From Candidatus Daviesbacteria bacterium RIFCSPLOWO2_01_FULL_39_23 (GTDB lineage Bacteria > Patescibacteriota > Microgenomatia > Daviesbacterales > UBA10151): a stretch of DNA of 64,000 nucleotides. The position numbers and the translations under genes were made by a program. Below the pieces are notes generated by a model. That model did not search any database, had not been told where the DNA came from, and was given only the letters and a program-made list of their open reading frames with translations. This document shows, piece by piece, positions 40,930 through 50,995 of the stretch. Location of the stretch: assembly GCA_001776935.1 (NCBI GenBank), contig MFDN01000008.1, forward strand, positions 8,998 to 72,997. The letters are read 5' to 3'. Position 1 is the first letter of the stretch. Each line of letters starts with the position of its first letter.

Positions 40930-41802
40930 ATGAGTAAAAAAACTATTTTTCTGCCGGTTGCGTATTTTGCAGTGGTCAGCATATTTTTAATATGGCACGG
41001 GAAATTTTTTTCTCCTGATCAGTTTTTTGCTGCCGCAATATTGATTACTCTTTTTTTAGGAAGATCAAAAGCATTTATAAAGGACTGGTCAGTGCCGGTA
41101 GTGCTTTTGTTAAGTTATGATTATTTAAGGGGGTTGGTTCCTAGTTTGACGCAGGGGGTAAATATTTATCCTATGATAAATTTTGATAAAGCAGTTTTTG
41201 GAAGCTTGCCTACAAACAGCTTGCAATCAGTTTTTTATACAAACGGAACAGTTAACTGGTATGACTATTTAGGAGCAGGACTTTATATGTCGCATTTTAT
41301 AGCGCCTATGTTATTTGGTTTTATCTTTTGGCTAAAAGACAGGGATACATTTCAAAAATATTTTTTATCTTTACTTCTACTCTCTTACGCGGCTTTTTTT
41401 ACTTATATTTTATTTCCTGCTATGCCGCCCTGGATGGCTTCGCAAAAAGGCCTTATCCCGGAAGTTTCCAAAGTTATGGATAGAGTTTTTATAAGCTTGC
41501 CTAAGGCAATAGATCTTCCTTCAGTTTATCAATTTGTCGGCGCTAATTTAGTGGCTGCGGTTCCTTCGTTGCATGCAGCATACCCTTTGCTTACCTTTTT
41601 CTTTTTAGTTAAGAAATTTAAAGCATTGGGTTTTTTAATCCTGCCTTATATTTTAGGAATTTGGTTTTCCATTGTGTATTTTGGGGAACATTATGTCTTT
41701 GATATTGTTGCAGGTGCGCTATATGCTGTGGCTGCTTTTTGTCTTGTGCTGTATTTTCAAAAGATTATCAAAATATTTACTTATGCTAAAATACGCAGAT
41801 GA
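40930..41802 (+). CDS. PAP2-superfamily-like polytopic membrane protein
   Basis: Multi-TM protein with C-terminal motifs VPSLHAAY and GEHYVFDIVAG that resemble PAP2 C2/C3. Confidence 0.5.
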   Translation: MSKKTIFLPVAYFAVVSIFLIWHGKFFSPDQFFAAAILITLFLGRSKAFIKDWSVPVVLLLSYDYLRGLVPSLTQGVNIYPMINFDKAVFGSLPTNSLQSVFYTNGTVNWYDYLGAGLYMSHFIAPMLFGFIFWLKDRDTFQKYFLSLLLLSYAAFFTYILFPAMPPWMASQKGLIPEVSKVMDRVFISLPKAIDLPSVYQFVGANLVAAVPSLHAAYPLLTFFFLVKKFKALGFLILPYILGIWFSIVYFGEHYVFDIVAGALYAVAAFCLVLYFQKIIKIFTYAKIRR

Positions 41803-43303
41803 ATTTTTAAACGGTATCACCATGTACCGTCTTATGCTTTATGAACTAATCTTGCTTTTGTTTGTTGCAGTGTTTTTAAGTTTTTTAAAGGTATTGCCTT
41901 TTGAACCTGTTAATTTAATTTTTCAAGCCTCAATATTAATTTCGGTTTGTTGGGGTGCTAATAAAATTTTTGCCCATCTTTTCAAAGCGCCGGCTAATTT
42001 GGAATCTACATATATTACTGCTCTTATTTTATTTTTGATTATTAACCCTGTTAGGTCTTATCAAGAGGCTGTTATTCTGGTGGTGGTCGGAGTTTTGGCT
42101 ATGGCGTCCAAATATATATTAGCTACCGGCAAAAAGCATATTTTTAATCCGGCTGCTTTTGCGGTTTTTGCAACTGCTTTAGTTTTAAATTATTCCGCCG
42201 GTTGGTGGATTGGCAATATTTGGATGGCTCCGTTTGTAATTTTGGGTGGTATTTTAACCGTCAGAAAATTGAAAAGGTTTGATTTGGTAATTTCTTTTTT
42301 TTGTACTTCCTTGGCGGTTTTTTTATTTTTCGCGGTATGGAGGGGTAACAGTTTTTTGGCTTTTTTTCAAAAAATCTTTCTTGAAACACCCTTATTTTTC
42401 TTTGCTTTTGTAATGTTAACCGAACCGCAGACAACCCCTCCAAGTAAAAAATGGAAAATTCTCTATGGCGCTTTTGTAGGCTTTTTGTATGCTTCTCCCT
42501 TAAGTATAGGGCAATTTTCAACCACACCGGAAACAGCTTTGATTTTGGGGAATATATTTTCTTATATTGTAGGACTTAAAAAAAAGCTGATTTTGGAATT
42601 AAAGGAGAAAAAACAAATAGGGTTAAATATTTACGATTTTATTTTTAATTTAAAAGATAAACTTTCCTTTTTGCCGGGGCAATATATGGAGTGGACTTTG
42701 GGTCATCAGATCCCTGACTCGAGGGGAAACAGAAGATTTTTTACTATTGCATCAGCGCCTACAGAAAAAGATATGCTCGTAGCGATAAGAGTTTTGGAAA
42801 ATTCCAGCAGTTTTAAAAAAGCGCTTTTAAATTTGAGTCCCGGGGGCAAACTTGTTGCTTCCAATCCGGACGGAGAATTCGTATTACCAAAAGATCAAAA
42901 TAAAAAACTGGTTTTTATTGCAGGAGGAATCGGGATAACGCCATTTCGCAGTATGATTAAATATCTTTTAGATAAAAGTGAAAAAAGAGATATTGTTTTA
43001 TTTTATATAAATAAAACTGCGGAAGAAATTGTTTTTAAGGAAATTTTTGATGAAGCTTTTAGGAAACTCGATATTAAAACAGTTTACGTATTAACTGATA
43101 AAGAAAATATTCCTAAAGGATGGAAAGGCAGAGTAGGACACCTTGGTGGAGACATTATACGCAAAGATGTTTTTGATTTTCGGGAAAGAATTTTTTATAT
43201 ATCCGGATCACATTCAATGACAGAGTCCTTAAAAGAAATCTTAAAGGGGATTGAGGTTTCCGATAACCAGATAAAAACAGATTATTTCCCCGGGTATGCA
43301 TAG
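41783..43303 (+). CDS. Membrane-anchored FNR-like FAD/NAD(P)-binding oxidoreductase
   Basis: About 8 N-terminal TM helices. The C-terminus has RRFFTIAS (RxYS-type FAD motif) and GGIGITP (NAD-binding motif). The ATG at 41783 overlaps the upstream gene by 20 nt. Confidence 0.6.
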   Translation: MLKYADEFLNGITMYRLMLYELILLLFVAVFLSFLKVLPFEPVNLIFQASILISVCWGANKIFAHLFKAPANLESTYITALILFLIINPVRSYQEAVILVVVGVLAMASKYILATGKKHIFNPAAFAVFATALVLNYSAGWWIGNIWMAPFVILGGILTVRKLKRFDLVISFFCTSLAVFLFFAVWRGNSFLAFFQKIFLETPLFFFAFVMLTEPQTTPPSKKWKILYGAFVGFLYASPLSIGQFSTTPETALILGNIFSYIVGLKKKLILELKEKKQIGLNIYDFIFNLKDKLSFLPGQYMEWTLGHQIPDSRGNRRFFTIASAPTEKDMLVAIRVLENSSSFKKALLNLSPGGKLVASNPDGEFVLPKDQNKKLVFIAGGIGITPFRSMIKYLLDKSEKRDIVLFYINKTAEEIVFKEIFDEAFRKLDIKTVYVLTDKENIPKGWKGRVGHLGGDIIRKDVFDFRERIFYISGSHSMTESLKEILKGIEVSDNQIKTDYFPGYA

Positions 43304-43362
43304 TAAATTTCATACCTTGCTCTTGCGTATTCTTTACCTTGCTGTATTAATCTTTTGAAAAG

Positions 43363-44415
43363 ATGATTAACAGATTAAAAATGAAATTTATTTTAGGAAT
43401 TGCCTTTTTATCGGCAGTTTTAGCAGGCTATTTTATATTTTGGCAAAAAAGTATCCCCACTGTTCCGGCAATTAATCTAAAAACATCAAATGAAACTGTG
43501 CAAAATTTATTGCCGGCTCATCCTTTACAGATTACCGAAATGAGAAAAAAAGAATATCCCGGCAGCGAAATTACTATTGAAAGAGAATTGCCCCAGGGGC
43601 AAAATTACCGGCAATACCTTGCTTCCTATCAATCGGAAGGCTTGAAGATACGTTCACTTTTAACAGTTCCGACCGATAATCCGCCGGAAGGCGGTTGGCC
43701 AGCAATTATCTTCAATCATGGTTATATTCCCCCGGCCCAGTACCAGACAATCGGAAGGTATGCTGCATATACAGACGCTTTCTCAAGAAACGGCTATATT
43801 GTTCTAAAGCCTGATTACCGTGGGCATGGGGATTCTGAAGGTAACCCGGAAGGGGCCTATTATTCATCTGCGTATACTGTTGATGTTTTAAACGCATTAT
43901 ATTCCATAAAAAAATACCCTGATGTAAACCCGGATAAAATCGGCATGTGGGGACATTCAATGGGAGGAAGTATTACCCTGCAGTCAATGGTTGTAAGTAA
44001 AGATATTAAAGCAGGCGTGATTTGGGCAGGAGTAGTTGCCTCCTATGAAGATATGATAAAAAATTGGAGACGAGCTTCTCCTTTTGTCCCTTCGCAAAGA
44101 GAGCAAATCTTTAGAAGGCCAAACAGACAGGAACTTATTAATAAATATGGCGACCCGGATAAAAATCCCCGGTTTTGGCAGTCAATTTCCCCGATTTTTT
44201 TTGTTAGCGATATCTCCGGTCCTTTACAAATCCAGCATGGAACCGGAGATCAGGAAGTTCCGTTGCTTTTCAGTCAGCGCTTAAATGAGGCAATGGAAAA
44301 TGCCCAAAAGCCTGTTGAGTTTTACACCTATGATGGGGATGATCATAATCTTTCAGGAAACCTATCACTTGCCCTAAACCGCTCTGTGGAATTTTTTGAT
44401 AAATATTTAAAGTAG
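43363..44415 (+). CDS. Alpha/beta hydrolase (S9 prolyl oligopeptidase / dienelactone hydrolase-like), anchored
   Basis: GHSMGG nucleophile elbow and a C-terminal HGTGDQEVP acid/His region. Confidence 0.7.
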   Translation: MINRLKMKFILGIAFLSAVLAGYFIFWQKSIPTVPAINLKTSNETVQNLLPAHPLQITEMRKKEYPGSEITIERELPQGQNYRQYLASYQSEGLKIRSLLTVPTDNPPEGGWPAIIFNHGYIPPAQYQTIGRYAAYTDAFSRNGYIVLKPDYRGHGDSEGNPEGAYYSSAYTVDVLNALYSIKKYPDVNPDKIGMWGHSMGGSITLQSMVVSKDIKAGVIWAGVVASYEDMIKNWRRASPFVPSQREQIFRRPNRQELINKYGDPDKNPRFWQSISPIFFVSDISGPLQIQHGTGDQEVPLLFSQRLNEAMENAQKPVEFYTYDGDDHNLSGNLSLALNRSVEFFDKYLK

Positions 44416-44419
44416 GAGC

Positions 44420-44641
44420 TCATTTAATTATTTCAAAAATCTTATATTTTGATTTAGAGCCCGAAATTAACATTACATCTGATCTTTTAACTTTTAAATA
44501 ATCTGCCAATGCTGCGGTGGCTGCTTTGTTGGCTTTTCCCTCCAGGGGAGGCGCATTTACATAAATATGTAAATTGTCCAGTAAATCCTTATCAATTCTT
44601 TCTCTTTTGGAGTTAGGGTGAACTATTACTGAAACTTTCAT
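44420..44641 (-). CDS. DUF167/YggU-family small protein
   Basis: 73 aa. The NAPPLEGKANKA motif is typical of YggU. Confidence 0.6.
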   Translation of the reverse strand: MKVSVIVHPNSKRERIDKDLLDNLHIYVNAPPLEGKANKAATAALADYLKVKRSDVMLISGSKSKYKIFEIIK

Positions 44642-44647
44642 ATTCGG

Positions 44648-45709
44648 TTAAATAGGAAAATTTGTTTCATTGTAAAGACGGGCTTTTTCAAATTCTGCTT
44701 TTGCCAAATCAGGTTTTCCCTGCTCAAGATAAATTTCTCCTCTTATCTGGTAAAGTTCTGAAAATGCCCGGTTGTGATTTCCTAAAATTTTATCAGTTAA
44801 CGTAAAAACTTTATCATATTTTTTTAATTTTTGATAAGCTAAAATAGGCTCTATTTGATACCATAACATCCTGAAAGGAAGTTTATCTTCAACAAGTTCA
44901 AAGATTTCAACAGCTTTTTGATAATCACCTAAGTAATAATACCCAACAGAAATATTAAATTTAGTAAAGATATCATCAGGGTTTTCCTGCAGTTCTTTTT
45001 GAGCTAGCTCTAAAGCTTTTTCCCATGCTTTTTTCTCATCATTGCTTTCCCTCAAAATACTTTCGGCCAAAGCTTGTTTTTCTTTGGGGACTAAAACTAA
45101 ATATTCATAATTAAACCCCTGCCATAAGTTTAAGAATTCCCCGTAAGAATATTTTAAGTCAGCTCCTTGTAAAGAATCATCCTGAATAAACTGGCCTAAA
45201 GTATCATCAAAACCCCGTATAAGCCGGTAGTGTCCGATATCATCATTTTCTTTGAGCCATGTCCTAACAATTACGGGCATATCATATGATATGAAAAGTT
45301 TAATGGTGTTAATATCGCCTGCCGGCCGATGATATGTTAAAAAGTTATACTCTCTGGCTTTCTTGGCCAGTTCTGCTAATGTTACTGATTTATCATCATT
45401 GTCTCCTTGTGGATTTTGAAAGGGGCGGAGGTTTTTGCCCAGTTCTTGTTGGGAGACATTAATATCAAAATATGAAAGAGCCATAGATAATGCTGCAGGG
45501 CCGCAATTATTAAAGGTTTGAAAGACGTGCAGCTTTTGGGGAATAGTCTTTTGACCAAGTATTTTAAGGGGTGCGGGTGAGGTAGAGGAAACTGCAGAAG
45601 GAGAAGGGGCAATTTTAATTGGCTGAGGAGATGCCTGATTAAGTGGCCGTATAAAAAACACTAAAACAAAAATAAGGATTGCGCAAACCAGGGAAATAAT
45701 CCACATCAT
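44648..45709 (-). CDS. Membrane-anchored C39-like cysteine peptidase domain fused to TPR repeats
   Basis: FNNCGPAALSMAL (papain-like Cys) followed by C-terminal TPR-like helices. Confidence 0.5.
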   Translation of the reverse strand: MMWIISLVCAILIFVLVFFIRPLNQASPQPIKIAPSPSAVSSTSPAPLKILGQKTIPQKLHVFQTFNNCGPAALSMALSYFDINVSQQELGKNLRPFQNPQGDNDDKSVTLAELAKKAREYNFLTYHRPAGDINTIKLFISYDMPVIVRTWLKENDDIGHYRLIRGFDDTLGQFIQDDSLQGADLKYSYGEFLNLWQGFNYEYLVLVPKEKQALAESILRESNDEKKAWEKALELAQKELQENPDDIFTKFNISVGYYYLGDYQKAVEIFELVEDKLPFRMLWYQIEPILAYQKLKKYDKVFTLTDKILGNHNRAFSELYQIRGEIYLEQGKPDLAKAEFEKARLYNETNFPI

Positions 45710-45815
45710 AAAGATATGTATTTTAAACCAATTTAATTCTATAATGCAAAATTTCTAACTATATTCTTACAAAATTTTCTTTCTATATTGAAATAATTTT
45801 GGTATGGTAGTTTGA

Positions 45816-46949
45816 TTGGTAATGAAAAACTTAGGTTTTGTTTTGGTGATAATAATTAGTTTAATAATCGGGCTTTCGCTGCTACAGTCTTCCCAAACAA
45901 CTATGAGTGAGGATTCTGCGATAAAATCCGGGCAGCAGATCCAGGGAGCTGATTTTCAAACTTCCTCTCCTGCTCAGGTTACACAAATTGCTCAAAACCT
46001 TGATACGCCGTGGAGTTTAGTGTTTTTGCCGGATAAAAGTATGCTGGTGACTGAGAGGGTCGGACGGGTGAGAATAATAGATGCAGGCGGTAATCTTCAA
46101 TCAGAACCTGTAGCAGTTATCGAAAAAGCAAAAGAGATTGGCGAAGGCGGGCTTTTGGGCATCGCTTTGCATCCTGCTTTTTCCGATAATAATTCTGTTT
46201 ATTTGTATTATACATACTCAGCTGAGGGGGAAAACACAAAAAACCGGGTTGTTCAAATGACTTACCGTGATAAAAAACTGTCAGATGAAAAAATTATTGT
46301 AGATAATATTTCGGGGGCATCAAACCATAATGGCGGCAGGATAAAATTCGGGCCGGATGGATTTTTGTATATTACAACAGGTGATGCCCAAAATCCTTCC
46401 CAGGCTCAGGATAAAGCTTCTTTGGCAGGGAAGATTCTGCGGGTCACAGACCAAGGAAATCCGGCGCCTGATAATCCGTTTGGGAATTTAGTATATTCAT
46501 ACGGACACCGTAATCCTCAGGGCATTACCTGGGACGCAAGCGGTCAACTATGGGAGACTGAGCATGGGCCCTCAACTAAAGATGAAATCAACAGGATTGA
46601 GAAGGGTAAGAATTATGGCTGGCCGGATATTACAGGTGACGAAACAAAGCAAGGCATGGAAACGCCTGTTTTAAATTCCGGCACCAATACCTGGGCGCCT
46701 TCAGGGACTGTATTTTTTAGAAATTCTGTATTTTTTGCCGGGTTAAGAGGGCAGGCTCTTTTCGAAGCAAAAACAGAAGGAGGCAATATGAGTCCTGAGG
46801 AGCATTTTAAAGGGGAATTTGGAAGAATAAGAGATGTAATTCTGGGGCCGGATAATATGTTTTATATTGCTACAAGCAATCAGGATGGCAGGGGACTGCC
46901 AAAAGATACGGATGACCGGATAATAAAATTGAACCCACAAAAGCTTTAA
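45816..46949 (+). CDS. PQQ-dependent soluble sugar (glucose/sorbosone) dehydrogenase-like beta-propeller
   Basis: GGRIKFGPDGFLYITTGD and YSYGHRNPQGITWD motifs. N-terminal signal/anchor. Confidence 0.75.
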   Translation: MVMKNLGFVLVIIISLIIGLSLLQSSQTTMSEDSAIKSGQQIQGADFQTSSPAQVTQIAQNLDTPWSLVFLPDKSMLVTERVGRVRIIDAGGNLQSEPVAVIEKAKEIGEGGLLGIALHPAFSDNNSVYLYYTYSAEGENTKNRVVQMTYRDKKLSDEKIIVDNISGASNHNGGRIKFGPDGFLYITTGDAQNPSQAQDKASLAGKILRVTDQGNPAPDNPFGNLVYSYGHRNPQGITWDASGQLWETEHGPSTKDEINRIEKGKNYGWPDITGDETKQGMETPVLNSGTNTWAPSGTVFFRNSVFFAGLRGQALFEAKTEGGNMSPEEHFKGEFGRIRDVILGPDNMFYIATSNQDGRGLPKDTDDRIIKLNPQKL

Positions 46950-46968
46950 CCTGTGATATATTTCTTGG

Positions 46969-47943
46969 ATGCGGCAATTGTTGTTGGGCAGGGAAAAAAC
47001 AATATATTTGCGGTCCAGGAGAAGAAATAAGCTAGGCAGCTTTTTGATACTGCTTGGAATAGGTGTAACAGCAGTATATTTTCTTTATGGGACTTTAATT
47101 CTGAGCCGCGAAAAACCGCTTATCTCGCCAGTAAGCGGTCAGATGAAGGCAGAAATGCTGGGTATTGCAGATTCTAATCAGGTGAATTTAAAAAATGCTG
47201 TAGAAAATGTATTAGCCGGAACAAAAGGAACGTATGCGGTGGCAATTAAAAATTTGAAAACAGGCGAGAGCTATTTTGCGAACGAACATAAGAGTTTTGA
47301 AGCAGGAAGTCTTTACAAATTATGGGTAATGGCAGCAGTGCTTTCTAAAATAAGGGATGGGACTTTAAGTGAAGAGCAGGTTCTAAGCAGGGACATAAGC
47401 GCTTTAAACGAGGTATTTGGTATTGATTCTGAGGTGGCGGAGCTTACAGAAGGGAAAATTGCACTCAGTGTGAATGATGCCCTTACTCAAATGATTACAA
47501 TTTCGCATAATTATGCAGCGCTTCTTTTGACAGAGAAAATAAAATTATCAACTGTTGCAAATTTATTGAAAGAGAAGGGGTTTGGTGAATCCAAAGTCGG
47601 AAGAGGAGACGATGTTCCTCATACCACTCCCTATGATATTTTTCTCTATTTCGAAAAATTGTATAAAGGTGAGTTGGCTCAACCTGAGGATACTGAAAAA
47701 ATGCTCGTCCTGCTTAAAAATCAAAAGTTAAATGGCAAATTGCCTAAAAATCTGCCAAAAGATACAGTCATTGCGCATAAAACAGGTGAAATCGGGTGGT
47801 TTACTCATGATGCAGGCATAATTTATTCAGATAAAGGCGATTATATAATTGTTGCTATGTCGGAAACTGATAAGCCTGCTGCAGCAGAAGAAAGGATTGC
47901 CCGGATTTCTGAATCCGTCTATAGGTATTTTACAAAATTCTAA
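46969..47943 (+). CDS. Class A beta-lactamase-like serine hydrolase
   Basis: SxxK (SLYK) and KTG (HKTGEIG) motifs, plus an SHN (SDN-like) motif. Confidence 0.7.
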   Translation: MRQLLLGREKTIYLRSRRRNKLGSFLILLGIGVTAVYFLYGTLILSREKPLISPVSGQMKAEMLGIADSNQVNLKNAVENVLAGTKGTYAVAIKNLKTGESYFANEHKSFEAGSLYKLWVMAAVLSKIRDGTLSEEQVLSRDISALNEVFGIDSEVAELTEGKIALSVNDALTQMITISHNYAALLLTEKIKLSTVANLLKEKGFGESKVGRGDDVPHTTPYDIFLYFEKLYKGELAQPEDTEKMLVLLKNQKLNGKLPKNLPKDTVIAHKTGEIGWFTHDAGIIYSDKGDYIIVAMSETDKPAAAEERIARISESVYRYFTKF

Positions 47944-47955
47944 AAAAGTACAGGG

Positions 47956-48159
47956 TTATTTATTAACATTTACATCTATTTGCCCGGGGACATTGATTTG
48001 AGGGGCTGAGGATTTTTGCAAAACAGGTAGTAAATAATTGAAAAATAAAATTATTAATACAACGACAATGATTACTCCAATCAAAAGGCCTAAGGGACCG
48101 CCCGAATCAGAGCTTGAACTTTGAGGAATATATTCTTTTTCTCTTACAACGTCTGCCAT
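47956..48159 (-). CDS. Small single-pass membrane protein
   Basis: 67 aa with one hydrophobic helix. Confidence 0.3.
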   Translation of the reverse strand: MADVVREKEYIPQSSSSDSGGPLGLLIGVIIVVVLIILFFNYLLPVLQKSSAPQINVPGQIDVNVNK

Positions 48160-48320
48160 TTTTTTATCCCCCTCTTATTTTATAGGTTGAGTTTACAAAA
48201 AAAGCTTAAAATTGACGTAAAAGAGAGGTAATAAGAGGGTAATAAAACCTTTCTTTCTTAATCTCTTCTTAATCCTTTTTTCTCTATTATGGATTTCATA
48301 GATAAGGAGGTGATAGTTTT

Positions 48321-48872
48321 ATGAATTTAGTTAACAGGCTTTTGGGAAAAGCTATGTTGGGAATTTTGGCAGTAGGGATTGGTGCGATTAGTGTAGCCTC
48401 ATTTACAAATCTTTTGAGCCCGAAAGATGCAGAAGCTGCCACTCCTTGTATCGTAACTATATTTGGTAAGCAGTATGATGTGGCTCCGTTGCAAACAAGC
48501 CACAGCGGCGGCAATATTTTTACATGCGGCACCGATATGACAGGCACTTATCAGGCAAGACACGGGTCTGATGTAAGTATGCTGACACCGTATCTTGTTG
48601 TTCCTCCGAGTCCGTCGCCAAGTCCAAGCCCAGTTCCGACTCCAAGCCCAGTCCCGACTCCAAGTCCAGTTCCGGATCCGGTAGTACCGCAAGATCCGCC
48701 GGTGATTACACCAGATCCTTCACCAGATCCGATACCTCCTGTTTATGAAGATGAAGATGATGAAGATGAGGATGAGGATGAGGATGAGGACAGAGAGCAT
48801 GAACGGCGCGAGCGCAAGCATAGAGAGCATAGAAGAAGCGAGGAGAGAGAAAACAGACACGGAGATGATTAA
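48321..48872 (+). CDS. Anchored protein with a Cys-containing domain, a (PS/PV)n linker and a poly-D/E + R/H tail
   Basis: N-terminal TM helix. The DNA carries tandem repeats (ccgactccaagtccagtt..., gatgag x n) at 48600-48790. Strong RBS. Confidence 0.45.
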   Translation: MNLVNRLLGKAMLGILAVGIGAISVASFTNLLSPKDAEAATPCIVTIFGKQYDVAPLQTSHSGGNIFTCGTDMTGTYQARHGSDVSMLTPYLVVPPSPSPSPSPVPTPSPVPTPSPVPDPVVPQDPPVITPDPSPDPIPPVYEDEDDEDEDEDEDEDREHERRERKHREHRRSEERENRHGDD

Positions 48873-48940
48873 TTAAAGGATTGGTTTTAAAGACGGAAGA
48901 AAGAGTCCTGCCTTTTTAGGCAGGGCTTTCTCTTGTTATT

Positions 48941-49309
48941 ATGAAACGAATAATATTTTCAGCTGGCTTAATATTTTTATTCCTATTGGTTTTTCTTGTA
49001 TTGGTAAATTTCTATATTAATTCCCGGTATAAGCCTGATGTTTCTTTACAGCCAACTCAAACCAATGAGGAAGCTGCAAAAACTTTTACCCAAGATGAGC
49101 TGAAAAAATATAACGGTACTGATGCAGATCTTCCCATATACCTGGCCTTAGACGGGGTTGTATATGATGTGACAGCAGGAAGAGAATTTTATGCTTCCGG
49201 AGGCGCTTACCATTATTTAGCGGGCAAAGATGCAAGTATACCTTTGCATCTTGTGGGTGCAGATATTATCAAAAATAAATATCCTGTTGTGGGAAAACTT
49301 GTTAAATAG
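48941..49309 (+). CDS. Cytochrome b5-like heme/steroid-binding domain protein, membrane anchored
   Basis: Cyt-b5 family motif FTQDELKKYNG...LALDGVVYDVT. Confidence 0.7.
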   Translation: MKRIIFSAGLIFLFLLVFLVLVNFYINSRYKPDVSLQPTQTNEEAAKTFTQDELKKYNGTDADLPIYLALDGVVYDVTAGREFYASGGAYHYLAGKDASIPLHLVGADIIKNKYPVVGKLVK

Positions 49310-49321
49310 CTCTCTATTCTT

Positions 49322-49356
49322 AGCTCTTAGCAGCTTTTTGTAAACAGCTAAGAGCT
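49322..49356. terminator. Perfect 10-bp-stem hairpin (AGCTCTTAGC / GCTAAGAGCT) between convergent genes
   Basis: No clear U tract. Candidate bidirectional terminator. Confidence 0.3.
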
Positions 49357-49368
49357 AACGGCAAACAG

Positions 49369-49470
49369 CTATTCACTTGTGACTTTATCTTTGGTATCTT
49401 CGGCCGCGTCTTTGATATCTTCTTTTGTTTCTTCTGCTTTATCTTTTATATCATCTCCCATATCTCCCAT
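49369..49470 (-). CDS. 33-aa hydrophilic small protein (MGDMGDDIKDKAEETKEDIKDAAEDTKDKVTSE)
   Basis: AAGGAGGTGA sits 7 nt upstream of the ATG. Below the ORF-track length cutoff. Confidence 0.35.
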   Translation of the reverse strand: MGDMGDDIKDKAEETKEDIKDAAEDTKDKVTSE

Positions 49471-49628
49471 TTTACTATCACCTCCTTTCTGAAAAGTATT
49501 ATGCTTTTATTATTTAAGAGACCGGCAAAGAAAATGTAAGTAAGTGGAAAGAAGCCTTTAAATTTCTTTCTGATTTATTACGCGGTTTTTACTGAATTTT
49601 TTTTATTATCTTATAAGATAGGCATGTT

Positions 49629-50390
49629 ATGAATGAGATTGTAAATAATTTATCTTTTACTTTAAGCGATACCTTAAACCGGATGATATCTTTTATTCCG
49701 CAGTTGATTGGAGGAGTAATCATTTTAGTTATTGGCTGGATTGTTGCTCGAATTGTAAAGTTTGTTACCGGAAGACTTTTAAATTTTGTAAAATTTGATG
49801 AGTTTTTGGTAAAAGTTGGTATGAAAGAAGGTTCATCAAAGGTATGGTCGGGAATTGCTTCCACAGTTGCTTTTTGGTTTGTCTTTCTGGCTTTTATAAC
49901 TGCAGCCTTTAATGTGTGGCAGCTTTTTTCTCTAACGGCACTTTTAAACCAGTTGCTATTTTATCTGCCGAATGTATTTGCTGCGGTTGTGATCGGATTC
50001 ATTGGATTTATGCTGGCTAATGTCGTTTACAATATTGTAAAAAAAGCAACCCGGAGCGGAGACGGCAGTTCAGGCAGGTCTGAAGTTTTAAGCAGGGTGG
50101 CACAGTACTCGCTTTATGGATTCACCTCGCTTGTGGTTTTGAATCAATTGCAGATTGCATCTAATTTAATACAGTTATTGCTGGGAGGATTTGTTGCTAT
50201 GGCGGCCCTGGCAGGAGGATTGGCATTTGGTCTTGGAGGGCAAGAAACAGCAAGGGATATACTTAGCAGATATATGGGACGAAGAAAAGATATGCATCAA
50301 TTGAGTGTGCATGGTCGCAGGTCATCTGTTTACGCAAGTGAAGTCCGCCGTCCCCGCAGCAAGAAGCAAACACGAAGCAGTAAGCAATAA
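49629..50390 (+). CDS. Membrane protein with 'conserved TM helix' repeats (as seen N-terminal to MscS-like channels)
   Basis: Two LIGGVIILVIGWIVARIV-like repeats and a basic C-terminal tail. Confidence 0.45.
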   Translation: MNEIVNNLSFTLSDTLNRMISFIPQLIGGVIILVIGWIVARIVKFVTGRLLNFVKFDEFLVKVGMKEGSSKVWSGIASTVAFWFVFLAFITAAFNVWQLFSLTALLNQLLFYLPNVFAAVVIGFIGFMLANVVYNIVKKATRSGDGSSGRSEVLSRVAQYSLYGFTSLVVLNQLQIASNLIQLLLGGFVAMAALAGGLAFGLGGQETARDILSRYMGRRKDMHQLSVHGRRSSVYASEVRRPRSKKQTRSSKQ

Positions 50391-50409
50391 ATAGGATTGG
50401 TTATAATTT

Positions 50410-50829
50410 ATGATTTTTCAATTGACTGCAAAGGAGTGCCGGATTTCGGATGTTTCGAGAAAACACATTAATGACTATTTAGCAAAGGTTACAAAATTGC
50501 TTAGTAACTTTGCGGGTGATTTGGTAGTTTTAAGGTTAACAATCAGAAAAAATATTGACAGGTATCATCCGCCAAAGATCAAAACCCGCAAACGTAAAAA
50601 TTATTCTGATTTAAAATCAGCCTTGTCTAATTTTGAAGGCTCGATCAATTTCCGTCTGCTTAAGAATAGCTTTTATACAAATTTTAAAGGAAAAACTATT
50701 GATGAATGCCTTAATTTGGGATTTATGTGTCTCTTTAAAAAGTTAAGAAAGTTTAAGGATTTACACTTTCCAGCCGCCAGTGAGTATCCTCATCGGGAAT
50801 CAATCCGCGGGGGTGTATTTAATGAGTAG
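50410..50829 (+). CDS. Possible ribosome hibernation factor (HPF/RaiA-like)
   Basis: The N-terminus (MIFQLTAKECRISDVSRKHINDYLAKV) resembles the HPF fold start. Weak. Confidence 0.35.
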   Translation: MIFQLTAKECRISDVSRKHINDYLAKVTKLLSNFAGDLVVLRLTIRKNIDRYHPPKIKTRKRKNYSDLKSALSNFEGSINFRLLKNSFYTNFKGKTIDECLNLGFMCLFKKLRKFKDLHFPAASEYPHRESIRGGVFNE

Positions 50830-50995
50830 CAAAGATGTTGGCGTGCTTTCAATTGGGCGAATCTTTTTTATTCTTTTTGTTTTAAGGTTGGCACTTCAAA
50901 ATGCAAAATTTTAATTCTTACATATCTCCTACTTAGATTTTATTGAATCTATTTATTCATATGCTATTTTAGATTTATATACAGGAAGAAAGGAG

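Noticed and set aside
40930-41802. Second undecaprenyl-diphosphatase call for the PAP2-like protein.
   Set aside because: Only the C2/C3-like motifs are recognisable and the C1 KxxxxxxRP motif is not evident, so it is kept as a generic PAP2-superfamily-like membrane protein.
41783-42400. NOX/ferric-reductase-type (bis-heme) assignment for the membrane domain of the FNR-like protein.
   Set aside because: Only two His residues lie in the TM region and they have the wrong spacing for the four-His heme-binding pattern.
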